DNA from: an uncultured delta proteobacterium
GTDB lineage: Bacteria; Desulfobacterota; Desulfobacteria; Desulfobacterales; QNYZ01
Direction of reading: 5' to 3'
Assembly (NCBI GenBank): GCA_963845145.1
Contig: CAWJQU010000005.1
Location: 1,248,001-1,312,000 of the forward strand
DNA length: 64,000 nt
Shown here: one piece after another, positions 18,416 to 28,862 of the stretch
Position numbering within the stretch: the stretch's first letter is position 1
Layout of the letters: each line of letters begins with the position of its first letter
Notes under the pieces: model-generated
Told to the model about the DNA's origin: nothing
The model's input: only the letters and a program-made list of their open reading frames with translations
Database searches by the model: none
Translations under genes and position numbers: made by a program

Positions 18416-19132
18416 TCAAGCCTTCTCATCTATTGCCTGATCTATTATCAGGTCATTGACCACTTTTCCATCCTCTAAGGAAATGATGCGGTTTAGGTAA
18501 CTCACCACTTTCTCGTCATGGGTTGCAAAAATAAAAGTGGTTTTTAGATTTTTGTTTAATGACTTCATTGTTTGCAGGATGTGGTGTGAATTTTTAGCAT
18601 CGAGGTTCGCCGTGGGTTCATCGGCTAAAACGATTTTCGGTTTTTTTACCATGGCCCTGGCAATAGCCACCCGCTGACACTCTCCCCCGGATAGCTGGGC
18701 CGGGCGCGAGTTGACCTTGTCCGAAAGCCCTACCCAATTAAGTGCATCGAGGACGGCTTTTTGTCGGGTGGCCGCTGGAAGCTTGAGGAGGAGGAGGGGA
18801 AATTCGATATTCTCGAATACCGAGTACACCGGCAATAAATTATAGGTTTGGAAAATAAATCCGAGGTGCTGGTTACGCAGCCAAGCGGCCTTTTTTTGGG
18901 ATAATTCGGCGATAGAATGTCCCAAAACATTGGCGACCCCTTCAGTGGGGGCATCCAGTGATCCGATAATATTTAAAAGGGTGGTTTTGCCGGACCCGCT
19001 GGGGCCGACAATTCCAGTGAACTCACCTTTTTCAAAAGTTAGATCGACCTTGTTAAGGGCAGTAAACATGCCATCGCCCATGGGAAACTTTTTTATAAGC
19101 CCTTTGATGGAAATTATTGTACCATTGTTCAT
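18416..19132 (-). CDS. ABC transporter ATP-binding protein, LolD-like
   Basis: GPSGSGKT, LSGGECQR, LADEPT; likely start 19132. Confidence 0.93.
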   Translation of the reverse strand: MNNGTIISIKGLIKKFPMGDGMFTALNKVDLTFEKGEFTGIVGPSGSGKTTLLNIIGSLDAPTEGVANVLGHSIAELSQKKAAWLRNQHLGFIFQTYNLLPVYSVFENIEFPLLLLKLPAATRQKAVLDALNWVGLSDKVNSRPAQLSGGECQRVAIARAMVKKPKIVLADEPTANLDAKNSHHILQTMKSLNKNLKTTFIFATHDEKVVSYLNRIISLEDGKVVNDLIIDQAIDEKA

Positions 19133-19203
19133 GTTATCACCATTTACATGTAGACAGACGATTTTGTGTCTATCCAGAGATGCCATTTATAAGTGGACAC
19201 TTT

Positions 19204-20391
19204 TCAGTGGTTATACACAACCATAATCCTCACCCCATTACCGTTGATCTCCGGGCGTTCATTATTTTCTCCAAAAAGTTGAACTTCAGACGGGTTCAAG
19301 AAACCCATCAAATAAAAATTCCAGTTGTCATAGGTTCGTTGCCAGGCCGCATACCGAAACCAGCGATGCGTTTCCCAGTCAAAATTCAAAATGGTGGAAA
19401 TACGATCGATCAACCCGAGCGGGTAACTGATCGACAGGGCTGAAATGGTCGATTTTTTACCGGTGCCAAGGGGTTTTTCTGTGGCAGCCGCCACAAGGTG
19501 TTCGACAATCACATTCACACCATTGCCCCAATCGAAAGTATAGTCCACACCGATATTGAGAAACCGGCGATAGGGTGCGTTAAGTGTGTCGGAATCCTGG
19601 TGTATCAATACGCCTTCGAACCAGAACCCCACACCCATGTCCCATTTTCCATCAATACCGACCCTGTTTTCAGGAACCGATGTGGAAGAGGGGCGTGGGC
19701 TCCCATCCTGGTCACCCTCGACCAGGGCCTTGCGGTGATGAAAGGAAAAGGCGAGTTCGCCGGTGGATAGAGGCGTTTGAATTCGTCCGCCGAATTCGGG
19801 ATGATCGTCATCCGTAATATCGGTTTCCCAGCCTTTGGTTTCATCATTGCCGTACAGGCCCCACAACCATATATTGGCGTTGTTTAGAAAGTAGTATCGT
19901 CCCAAAACGCTGTAAACACCATCGGTAAGTTGCAGCGGGTCCCTGGGGTCGATGCGGTCAAACCACATCAGGGGTCGCAGCAGCGTGGCAGATCCAAAAT
20001 TGATTTTCTGTAAACCGGCTCTTAGTTCGAGTTGAGCGGTGGCACTTCGCAGCCAGGCCCGATAAGGTTTCAATTTTCCATGGTATTCCCCGGATTCCGG
20101 GGTATCAAACCGGCCGGTTTCATAAGCATTGATCGACATTTCCGAATCTATACGTATCGCTTCCGTCAACTGTTGTTCAAAGGTCAACGCGGGAATGTAT
20201 CGAAGGCCCACGGATATTTCATCGTCTCTGTCGGGTTCGAAGGTTACCCAGCCTGCGAGTTCACCGTGAAATTCATAGGTGAATCCAAAGGCGCCATTGG
20301 GACAGGCTCCGACCAATATAATAGCGATCGGGACAATGGCGAACAGGCAGCACGCGAAATTCTGAAGCGGTTGCTTTTTAATCCTTTTCAT
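19204..20391 (-). CDS. Putative outer-membrane beta-barrel protein
   Basis: Signal peptide, aromatic beta-strand pattern, 'GLQKINFG..FDRIDPRDP'. Confidence 0.7.
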   Translation of the reverse strand: MKRIKKQPLQNFACCLFAIVPIAIILVGACPNGAFGFTYEFHGELAGWVTFEPDRDDEISVGLRYIPALTFEQQLTEAIRIDSEMSINAYETGRFDTPESGEYHGKLKPYRAWLRSATAQLELRAGLQKINFGSATLLRPLMWFDRIDPRDPLQLTDGVYSVLGRYYFLNNANIWLWGLYGNDETKGWETDITDDDHPEFGGRIQTPLSTGELAFSFHHRKALVEGDQDGSPRPSSTSVPENRVGIDGKWDMGVGFWFEGVLIHQDSDTLNAPYRRFLNIGVDYTFDWGNGVNVIVEHLVAAATEKPLGTGKKSTISALSISYPLGLIDRISTILNFDWETHRWFRYAAWQRTYDNWNFYLMGFLNPSEVQLFGENNERPEINGNGVRIMVVYNH

Positions 20392-20959
20392 CTCTCGGTA
20401 ATACCCCGTAAAAGAAAAATCGAGTCAGCTCCATGATGAGTGCCTGGGGGGAGCCATAGAGGTTAGAAAGCGATTCGTCGTTAACCATCTCCCGCATGTG
20501 ATTGAGAAAATAGAGGATAAATTCCGGCTTGATGTCTTGCCGAATGTCGCCATGTTTCTGGGCTTTAATATAATCTAAAAGAATGAGTTGAGCGGTTTCC
20601 TTTATTTTTTGATCGATGTGGGTTTTTAATTCGGGCGCGGCATTCTTGTTAATGTCCAGGTAAAATTCTTGACTTAGCGCGTTCGTCTGCTCCATTTTCA
20701 TCTGGATGCTTTGATTCACTTTTTCTGGGAAAGACACATCTTGGGCCATGATTGAATGATATTGGGCCATGCGTTTCTCGGTCATCACATCGATAATATG
20801 CTTGACCAGGTCAATCTTGTTTTTAAAATTTTTATAAAAGGTCATTTTACTGACCCGCGCTTCCCGGCAGATTTCTTCGACGGATACGCGCCGTATGCCG
20901 AACTTCCAAAACAATGAGAGTCCGGTTTCAATAATCTGCAGGCGTTTCATGTTTTTCAT
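20378..20959 (-). CDS. TetR/AcrR family regulator
   Basis: 'ICREARVSKMTFYKNF'; likely start 20959. Confidence 0.9.
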   Translation of the reverse strand: MKNMKRLQIIETGLSLFWKFGIRRVSVEEICREARVSKMTFYKNFKNKIDLVKHIIDVMTEKRMAQYHSIMAQDVSFPEKVNQSIQMKMEQTNALSQEFYLDINKNAAPELKTHIDQKIKETAQLILLDYIKAQKHGDIRQDIKPEFILYFLNHMREMVNDESLSNLYGSPQALIMELTRFFFYGVLPRDEKD

Positions 20960-21130
20960 TAGGGCTCCACAATGACGTGAAAATATACGGTTTATGCGAT
21001 TTTTTACTTTAAACGTATAATACACATATAATCGTAAATTTCAAGATAAATGTAAATTTAAGTTGATTGTACCCTAAATACTATCTAACGTTTAAATGAT
21101 TCTATATGGGCCAACAGAGGGAAACGATAT

Positions 21131-21544
21131 ATGGGAAACCATCAGATTTTCACAACGGATATTCATCTTCGCTTTCGTGACCTTGATGCTATGGGACACG
21201 TCAACAATGCGGTCTATTTCTCTTTTTTCGAACACGGCCGATTAAAATTTCTCTATTCGGAAGACCAAAAGGATAAGTTTCCCAACATGACCTTTATTCT
21301 GGCGCATGCCAGTTGCGACTATCTGGTTCCGATTACCCTTGAATGTGATCCGGTGCTGCACTTGTGGGTGAAAAAAATTGGCGGTAAAAGCTTTACCTTC
21401 AAATACCGGCTGGTTGAAAGAGACAACAAAGATCGCATATATGCGACCGGAGAATCTGTGCAGGTTTACTTTGACTATCAGGAAAATAGATCAATTCCCA
21501 CACCGGATGCTATTTGTAAGCAGCTTGAAGTATTCCTGGAGTAG
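21131..21544 (+). CDS. Acyl-CoA thioesterase (4HBT/YbgC family)
   Basis: RFRDLDAMGHVNNAVY. Confidence 0.92.
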   Translation: MGNHQIFTTDIHLRFRDLDAMGHVNNAVYFSFFEHGRLKFLYSEDQKDKFPNMTFILAHASCDYLVPITLECDPVLHLWVKKIGGKSFTFKYRLVERDNKDRIYATGESVQVYFDYQENRSIPTPDAICKQLEVFLE

Positions 21545-21659
21545 GTTTATGGTATTGTTTTTACCAATGAATTCTTGACCTGAAACGTCCTTAAAAAACA
21601 GATATTGGTTTCTTAAGAAAAATGTGCACACCTAATCCTATAATGTATCGGAGGTAGAA

Positions 21660-22121
21660 ATGAAAAAAACCCATTTAATTTTAGTGGCTATATTCGGTCT
21701 TTGTGTGCTTTCTGCAGCAGCTCTGGCTAATCAGGGCCCAGAACTGTTAAACGGCGTCTGGCTGACCGAAGAGAAGACGGCGGCCATTGAAATCAGTCAT
21801 TCCAATAACATTTGGAATGGTCAGATCGTCTGGCTGAAAGAGCCGATTGAAAAAGATGAGAGTTCGCCTGCCTACGGTAGTGAGAAAGTTGATTTCAAAA
21901 ACCCGGATGAATCCAAACAATCAAGAAAATTAATGGGTCTCAAGATGTTAGAAAATTTCCAATGGAATGGGACGCGGTTTGAAAACGGTACGATATATGA
22001 TCCGAAATCTGGAAAAACGTATAAGTGTAAGATTACCTTCAAAGGGAATGATACCATTAAGGTGCGCGGGTATGTCGGGGTTTCGCTATTGGGTAAAACC
22101 CAGATCTGGACGAGGAAGTAA
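21660..22121 (+). CDS. DUF2147 periplasmic protein
   Basis: Signal peptide; GTIYDPKSGKTY, VRGYVG..LGKTQIWTR. Confidence 0.9.
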   Translation: MKKTHLILVAIFGLCVLSAAALANQGPELLNGVWLTEEKTAAIEISHSNNIWNGQIVWLKEPIEKDESSPAYGSEKVDFKNPDESKQSRKLMGLKMLENFQWNGTRFENGTIYDPKSGKTYKCKITFKGNDTIKVRGYVGVSLLGKTQIWTRK

Positions 22122-22176
22122 TCGTATTTAGAGCAATCTTTTGCGCGGATGGTTGAATAAACTTAAAGGTCTACAA

Positions 22177-22245
22177 ATGGAAGTAATCAGGGGCACAAGC
22201 AATCAAATTCTGGAAGTCGACTTAAGCCTTGGAAGATTTTACTGA
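22177..22245 (+). pseudogene. N-terminal stub resembling aldehyde:ferredoxin oxidoreductase
   Basis: MEVIRGTSNQILEVDLSLGRFY*, preceded by AAAGGT. Confidence 0.4.
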
Positions 22246-22295
22246 CACGCCTCATGCATGCACATGGCGAGCAAGTCATTAGAGGTTTTAAACGA

Positions 22296-23390
22296 TTATT
22301 GCGATAGTGTCTGATACGTTCTATCCGGGGAACTATGATTTGGCTTTTTGTGAAAAATCCCAGGAGATGCGTTTAAATGGTCAAGGTATTGATTCTTAAT
22401 TTTATAAATTTGTAGTGGTTTGCTGATCCCCTTAACGCTAACCGGCGCCAGAGGTTTCATTTCGATATGCCGGTTAAGCCCTTCTCTTGTTACATCACTG
22501 ATCAGGATATCTGTTTTGTAATCCTTGTTGAGGCCTTCGATTCGGGAAGTGATGTTCATTGTTTTTCCTATCATGGTGTAAGAAAACCGTTGGGGGCTGC
22601 CGATATTGGCGGCGACCACCTTGCCGGTATGGAGTCCGATGCCGTGGTGGAGTGCCGGGTATCCCTGGTTGATAAGATCCAAATTCACCCGGGACAATCG
22701 CGCTCTCATTTCCAGGGCAGCATCCATAGCGCATTGTTGATGGTTTTCAAGTGCCACCGGGGCGCCGAACACGGCCTGAATTTCGTCACCGACAAACTGA
22801 AGAATCAGGCCATGGTGGGATGTAATGGCCTCGGACATTGACTTGAAATAGGTGTTGATGACTGTGACGATCTCTTGCGGAGATATAGTTTCAGCCAGTT
22901 TGGTAAAATCCCTGAGGTCTGAAAACAGCACGGTCACCTCTTTGAGTTCCCCTTTGAGGGTCACGCGTCCGCTAAGGATTTCGTCGCGAACCTCCCTGGA
23001 AACATATTGCCCGAAGGTATCATTTAAAAAATCACGCTCCTTCTGTTGGCGGCGCTGGCGATCCACCATCCATCCGGTAAGCACCGCCATGAGGTTGAAC
23101 CCGGCCACTTGAAGCCCCACGAGCAGGAGCGATGTGGTTTGGACATCGGCATTGTGGGTGAAAAAATGGGCATATACGATGCTTGCGGTAACAGAAACGA
23201 AAAGAGCAGCTTTAAGGCCGAACCACAGGCCGGCCAGTACGATGGGAAAGAAAAAGAGTTCCCGGTGAAAAATATGGGTCCCCATAAACCCGGCGATAGG
23301 CAGATGGTGGATCACCGCCACACCCGTCAACAGAGTGATGACGATGCTCATTTTTATGAGGTTCAGGTTCATAGGGGTGGGCATCTTCAT
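22296..23390 (-). CDS. Membrane-bound class III adenylate/guanylate cyclase
   Basis: N-terminal TM helices; VLFSDLRDFT, FVGDE, GIGLHTG, MNITSRIE; start uncertain. Confidence 0.88.
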   Translation of the reverse strand: MKMPTPMNLNLIKMSIVITLLTGVAVIHHLPIAGFMGTHIFHRELFFFPIVLAGLWFGLKAALFVSVTASIVYAHFFTHNADVQTTSLLLVGLQVAGFNLMAVLTGWMVDRQRRQQKERDFLNDTFGQYVSREVRDEILSGRVTLKGELKEVTVLFSDLRDFTKLAETISPQEIVTVINTYFKSMSEAITSHHGLILQFVGDEIQAVFGAPVALENHQQCAMDAALEMRARLSRVNLDLINQGYPALHHGIGLHTGKVVAANIGSPQRFSYTMIGKTMNITSRIEGLNKDYKTDILISDVTREGLNRHIEMKPLAPVSVKGISKPLQIYKIKNQYLDHLNASPGIFHKKPNHSSPDRTYQTLSQ

Positions 23391-23558
23391 GGATGGCCCT
23401 TTCCGAGTGTTGTGATATCCGCAAGACCCGCCCGGGAATTGGTGCACCTGGCGGGTCATGAAATGGTCGGCGTTCATTGGCATGTGAATATTTGTTATTT
23501 ACGTTCAAACTGAGGTGGCGCCCATCGATTTCAGGCAAAAAGCCGTCGGTGGATACTA

Positions 23559-24041
23559 TTACATATGATGATACCAGAACTTAAACGTCTGCTTCTTATC
23601 CAGGTTTTTCAGCAGGCATATGACGCCATACTTTCCTGGCTCCTTGAAGGTGAAGTTGGCGGCCAAGACCCCGCTATAATTTTTCAGGGAACTGACCTGT
23701 TCCGCCTTGTCCGGGGCGATTACTTTAATTTTACCTACTGCCTCCTTGATGGGCATACCCCCATCGGTTGCCTTGAGATTGACCATGATGTGGTGAGTTT
23801 CTCCCTTATCCGAAGTCATGTTCATACTGTCCAGGCTCATCACCTGGAATTCCGCATCGATGCCCCCTTCTGAGGCTGTGTGTTTAAAGGTGCCGCCCAT
23901 ACCGGTGTGGTCCATCTTCTTGTCGGACTTCATGTCGTGTCCGCTGCCGGAACTGTGATCGCCGTGCTTCTGTGCGGCAATAGCCTGAAAGGCAACCAGG
24001 GTGAAAATAACTGCAGCAATGAGAAGTGTCCATTTTTTCAT
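23559..24041 (-). CDS. His/Met-rich periplasmic metal-binding protein (YtkA/FixH-like)
   Basis: Signal peptide; HGDHSSGSGHDM, THHIMV, EPGKYGV. Confidence 0.7.
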   Translation of the reverse strand: MKKWTLLIAAVIFTLVAFQAIAAQKHGDHSSGSGHDMKSDKKMDHTGMGGTFKHTASEGGIDAEFQVMSLDSMNMTSDKGETHHIMVNLKATDGGMPIKEAVGKIKVIAPDKAEQVSSLKNYSGVLAANFTFKEPGKYGVICLLKNLDKKQTFKFWYHHM

Positions 24042-24231
24042 GATAATTCCTCCAGTGTTGAATTGATACCGCCAGTTTGGTGGCGGTTAAAAAAAACAAT
24101 TTATATGGATTTTCCTGCGATAAAATCGCGTTAAACTTACTTACGTATCTTACGGTGATAAAAAAGCCATTAAACGCCTCCTTGCGGCGGGAATCCGTTC
24201 CCGCATAAGAGTTTAACAGTGTGTCCTCATT

Positions 24232-27200
24232 TTATTCGTCATTTCCATCCGGCAACCGCCACCCCTTCCAGATCCCATAAATAACGGGCACGACGATCAA
24301 GGTAAGGATCGTTGCGCTGACCATACCGCCGATCATGGGGGCGGCGATGCGCTTCATCACCTGGGAACCGGAGCCATGGCTCCACATGATCGGCGCCAGA
24401 CCTGCCATGATGGCCACCACAGTCATCATCTTGGGCCGCACCCGCAGGGCTGCGCCCTCTTCGATGGCTGTGTTGAGATGGCGCCGGTTGAACCGGTTTC
24501 CATGTTTTTCCTTGAACTTGCGGTAAGAAATATCGAGATAGATCAGCATGACTACCCCGGTTTCAGCGGCCACTCCGGCCAGGGCGATAAATCCCACGCC
24601 CACAGCCACGCTCATGTTGTATCCCAGCAGGTACATCAGCCAGAAGCCGCCGGTCAGGGAAAAGGGCACACTTAGCATCACCAGCAGGCTTTCGGTTATA
24701 TTCTTGAAGTTGAAATAGAGCAGCAGGAAGATGAGCAGCAGGGTCATCGGCACCACGATCATCAGGCGCTTCTGGGCCCGGATCATGTATTCGTATTGTC
24801 CGCTCCACACCAGGCTGTAGCCGGGCGGCAGATCGATTTTTTCCTCGACGGTTTTCTGTGCAGCCTTGACATACGTTCCCACGTCGATACCTGTGATGTC
24901 TACGTACACATAGGCGCTGTTGCGGGCGTTCTCACTCTTGACCACCGGCGGTCCCTTGACAATGCGGATATCGGCCAGTTGGGCGATGGGCACATGGGCA
25001 CCGGTGGGCGTGGGCACCAGGATCCGGCGCAGTTTTTCCGGCGTGTCCCGCAGTTCACTGCCGTAGCGCAAGTTCACCGGGTAGCGCTCCAGGCCTTCCA
25101 CGGTCTGGGTGATGTTCATACCACCCACGGCGGTCATGATGATGTCCTGGATATCCCCCACGGTGAGCCCGTAACGGGCGGCTTGGTCCCGCCGGATTTC
25201 GTAGTCCAGAAAATTACCGCCGGTTACCCTTTCTGCATAGACGCTCAGTGTTCCAGGTACGTTGCGGATGACAACTTCCACCTTTTCACCGATATCGGAA
25301 AGCACCTGGAGATCTTCGCCCATAATCTTGATCCCTACCGGGGTCTTGATACCGGTGGAGAGCATATCGATGCGGGTTTTGATGGGCATGGTCCAGGCAT
25401 TGGTCAGGCCCGGATACTGGATGGCCTTATCCAGCTCATCCACCAGCTTTTCCATGGTCATGCCCTCTCGCCATTCCGATTCCGGTTTAAGCATAATGGT
25501 GGTCTCAATCATGCTCAATGGGGCCGGATCTGTGGCGGACTCCGCCCGTCCGATTTTACCGAAGGTGTGGTGTACTTCCGGAAATGAAGCGATTATACGA
25601 TCGGTTTGTTGGAGCAGCTCCTTGGCCTTAGTGATGGAGATACCCGGCAAGGTCGTAGGCATGTACAGCAGATCGCCCTCATTCAAAGGAGGCATAAATT
25701 CCGACCCCATGCGTTTGATCGGGATCCACGTCAGGGCCAGGATCACCACCGCGAAAATCAGCACCACGGCTTTTTTCTTGAGCACTATCTTGATGATGGG
25801 GTGGTAAATCCAGATTAGAAAACGATTGACTGGGTTTTCTTTTTCGGGTTTTATTTTTCCCCGGATCAGGTAGCCCATGAGAATGGGAACAATGGTAATG
25901 GCCAAAAGGGCCGACCCCATCATGGCATAGGTCTTGGTGTAGGCCAGCGGCTTGAACAACCGTCCTTCCTGGGCTTCCAGGGTGAAGACCGGCAGAAAAC
26001 TAACGGCGATGATCAATAGCGAGAAGAACAGCGCCGGTCCTACTTCCTTAGCGGCATCGGAAATCAGCTCCCAGTGGGGCTTTTTTCCGCCGTCGTGTTC
26101 AATGTGCTTGTGGGCGTTTTCGATCATGACGATGGCACCGTCTACCATGGCGCCGATGGCGATGGCGATGCCGCCCAGACTCATGATATTGGCGTTGATC
26201 CCCTGTCGCTCCATGATAATAAAGCTGATGAACACGCCTACGGGAAGGGTAAAGATACCTACCAGAGCACTGCGGAAGTGAAAGAGAAAAACAATGCACA
26301 CGATGGCCACGATAATGCTTTCCTCGATCAGTGTGCGTTTGAGGTTATCAACGGCACGCAGGATGAGCCCGGACCGGTCATAGACCGTTTTGATACGGAC
26401 CCCTTCGGGCAGGCCGGACCGGAGTTCCTTCAACCGCTTTTTAACATTGTCGATCACCTGCAGGGCGTTCTCGCCAAAGCGCATAACGACGATACCACCC
26501 ACGACTTCACCCAGACCATTGTAGTCGGCGATGCCCCGTCTCAACTCGGGCCCTATGCTAACCGTGGCCACATTGCGCAGCAGGATGGGAACCCCCCGGT
26601 CATCCACCTTCAGCGGCACATTGTACAGGTCTTCGATGCTTTTGATATAGCCCAGCCCCCGTACCATGAACTCGGTTTCGCCCATTTCCACCAGTCGGCC
26701 GCCCACGTCACTGTTGCTACGCTTGATGGCCATACGAATTTTCTGGATAGGGATGTTGTAAGCTCGCAACTTGTTGGGGTCCACGACCACCTGGTACTGT
26801 TTGACATATCCGCCAACGGACGCCACCTCGGAGACTCCCGGTACGCTGGCCAGCTCGTAACGCAGAAACCAGTCCTGAATAGAACGCAGTTGGGCCAGGT
26901 CGTGTCGATCGCTCTCAAGGGTGTACTCGTAAACCCACCCCACACCGGTGGCGTCTGGCCCCAGGGAAGGAGAAACCCCCTGGGGCAGGCGGCTGGCCAC
27001 AAAGTTGAGGTACTCCAGTACCCTGCTGCGGGCCCAGTACAGATCGGTACCGTCCTCGAAGATAATGTAGACAAAAGAGATGCCGAAAAAGGAGTAACCC
27101 CGCACCACTTTAGCAAAAGGCACCGACAACATGGCGGTGGTCAGCGGGTAGGTAACCTGGTCCTCCACGACTTGAGGTGCTTGTCCCGGGTACTCGGTGA

Positions 27201-27348
27201 GGATGATCACCTGGACGTCGGATAAATCGGGGATGGCATCCAAGGGGGTGCGGAGGATGGCGTATATGCCGGCGGCGATAACGAACAGTGTCGCCAAAAT
27301 CACCAAAAACTTATTTTTAATAGACAGATCGATGATTTTTTCGATCAT
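24232..27348 (-). CDS. cusA: CusA/CzcA heavy-metal RND permease
   Basis: PLDAIPDLSDVQV, GSEFMPPLNEG, RIDMLSTG, RVRPKMMT; 1038 aa. Confidence 0.95.
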   Translation of the reverse strand: MIEKIIDLSIKNKFLVILATLFVIAAGIYAILRTPLDAIPDLSDVQVIILTEYPGQAPQVVEDQVTYPLTTAMLSVPFAKVVRGYSFFGISFVYIIFEDGTDLYWARSRVLEYLNFVASRLPQGVSPSLGPDATGVGWVYEYTLESDRHDLAQLRSIQDWFLRYELASVPGVSEVASVGGYVKQYQVVVDPNKLRAYNIPIQKIRMAIKRSNSDVGGRLVEMGETEFMVRGLGYIKSIEDLYNVPLKVDDRGVPILLRNVATVSIGPELRRGIADYNGLGEVVGGIVVMRFGENALQVIDNVKKRLKELRSGLPEGVRIKTVYDRSGLILRAVDNLKRTLIEESIIVAIVCIVFLFHFRSALVGIFTLPVGVFISFIIMERQGINANIMSLGGIAIAIGAMVDGAIVMIENAHKHIEHDGGKKPHWELISDAAKEVGPALFFSLLIIAVSFLPVFTLEAQEGRLFKPLAYTKTYAMMGSALLAITIVPILMGYLIRGKIKPEKENPVNRFLIWIYHPIIKIVLKKKAVVLIFAVVILALTWIPIKRMGSEFMPPLNEGDLLYMPTTLPGISITKAKELLQQTDRIIASFPEVHHTFGKIGRAESATDPAPLSMIETTIMLKPESEWREGMTMEKLVDELDKAIQYPGLTNAWTMPIKTRIDMLSTGIKTPVGIKIMGEDLQVLSDIGEKVEVVIRNVPGTLSVYAERVTGGNFLDYEIRRDQAARYGLTVGDIQDIIMTAVGGMNITQTVEGLERYPVNLRYGSELRDTPEKLRRILVPTPTGAHVPIAQLADIRIVKGPPVVKSENARNSAYVYVDITGIDVGTYVKAAQKTVEEKIDLPPGYSLVWSGQYEYMIRAQKRLMIVVPMTLLLIFLLLYFNFKNITESLLVMLSVPFSLTGGFWLMYLLGYNMSVAVGVGFIALAGVAAETGVVMLIYLDISYRKFKEKHGNRFNRRHLNTAIEEGAALRVRPKMMTVVAIMAGLAPIMWSHGSGSQVMKRIAAPMIGGMVSATILTLIVVPVIYGIWKGWRLPDGNDE

Positions 27349-28805
27349 GGTTTGGTTTCCTTCTCAGAAGCTTGCGTTTCCGCCGAACCATTTGAATCCA
27401 TGGCCATGTCGCTCATGTCTAAATCGTCTTCCTCCATGGTCATATCATCCATGTCCAGATCGTCCATATCCAGATCAGGGGTGTCCCCCTGGCTGCGCAC
27501 CTCGAGCATCTTGGCGATGGCTTCTTTCAAGCGGCTTTCCGAATCCAGCATGAATTGTCCGGAGAGGACGATTTCCTCCCCTTGGGTCAGGCCGTCGATT
27601 ACCTCGAACTCATAATCGTTGCCCTCGACGCCCAGGGTAACCTCTCGTGGCTCAAATTTTCCTTTGCCTCGAGAGACAAACACGCGTTTTCTTACGCCGC
27701 TGTCAATGACTGCTTCCTGGGGCACCACCAGCCGATCCCCCGGCAAGGTATTCTGCAGGTATATGTTGGCATACATGCCCGGTTTGAGTTGGTTTCCGGG
27801 GTTAGAAAAGGAGAGCCGCAGGCGGGCTGTCCGTGTTTTGGGATCCAGGTAGGGGTAGATAAAAAGAACTTCTCCCAAGTACCGCTTGCCGGGGATATAG
27901 GCCAGTTCCATCTCGGCGGGCATACCTTTGTGGACCCAGGGCAGCTCGTATTCATAAACATCCACATCAACCCACACGGTGGACAGGTCGGCGATCTCAT
28001 ACTGGTGTTCGCCGGCCTTGACGTAGTGCCCCTTAAAGGCATTTTTCTTGATGACCACACCGGCAGCCGGGGAGAAGATCGTGATCGTTTTCTGAATCTT
28101 GCCGGCCGTCTCCAACTGAGCGATCTGTTCATCGGTGAAATCCCAATAGGCCAGGCGGGTACGCGAGGCGTCCAGCAGCCGATCGGTGCCCCTGCGGGAG
28201 TCTCTGCCCCTTTTGCCGTTTAGCCCTTTCTGCTGCTGAATGGCGATGAGGTACTCCTGCTGGGCGGTAAGCAGATCGGGGCTGTAAATATCGAATAGCC
28301 GTTGTCCCTTATCCACCTGTTCCCCGAGAAAATCCACATAGAGCTTTTCGATCCAGCCGTTGAATTTAATGTTGACCGAGTAGAGACCGGTTTCATCGTA
28401 GGTGATGGTGCCGAAAGTGCGGATCGATTTGGTAAGGGGTTTCTTCTCCACGCGCCCCAGTCTTACCCCCATGTTCTGCTGAGTGACGGGATCGATACGG
28501 ATCGTGGAGCTGGGCTCCTTTGCCTCTCCGGCTTCCTCATATACGGGTACCAGGTCCATACCCATGGGTGATTTCCCCGGTTCGTTACGGATGTAGGTAG
28601 GGTCCATGGGCGCTGCCCAGTATTTTATCTTCTTGCCGGTTTTGGGGTCCACCATCCCCGCCTTGAGCGCTTCTTGGGCCTGAACGGTCGCTGGCGCCAG
28701 AAACCTGGAAAGAGAGGTCCGGTCCGGGATCATCGCTGCAGGCGTGTTCAGGATCATACTGATAACCGCTGCCGCTATGACGAAGATGATTGATTTAGAA
28801 AACAT
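27345..28805 (-). CDS. cusB: CusB-like RND periplasmic adaptor
   Basis: YWAAPMDP..PGKSPMGMDLVP, LKPGMY; Met/Asp-rich tail. Confidence 0.92.
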   Translation of the reverse strand: MFSKSIIFVIAAAVISMILNTPAAMIPDRTSLSRFLAPATVQAQEALKAGMVDPKTGKKIKYWAAPMDPTYIRNEPGKSPMGMDLVPVYEEAGEAKEPSSTIRIDPVTQQNMGVRLGRVEKKPLTKSIRTFGTITYDETGLYSVNIKFNGWIEKLYVDFLGEQVDKGQRLFDIYSPDLLTAQQEYLIAIQQQKGLNGKRGRDSRRGTDRLLDASRTRLAYWDFTDEQIAQLETAGKIQKTITIFSPAAGVVIKKNAFKGHYVKAGEHQYEIADLSTVWVDVDVYEYELPWVHKGMPAEMELAYIPGKRYLGEVLFIYPYLDPKTRTARLRLSFSNPGNQLKPGMYANIYLQNTLPGDRLVVPQEAVIDSGVRKRVFVSRGKGKFEPREVTLGVEGNDYEFEVIDGLTQGEEIVLSGQFMLDSESRLKEAIAKMLEVRSQGDTPDLDMDDLDMDDMTMEEDDLDMSDMAMDSNGSAETQASEKETKP

Positions 28806-28862
28806 GGGTCGTGGTCCTTTCTGGTTTATCTCTTATATCTATCCTAATAGTCAGGCCTTAGG

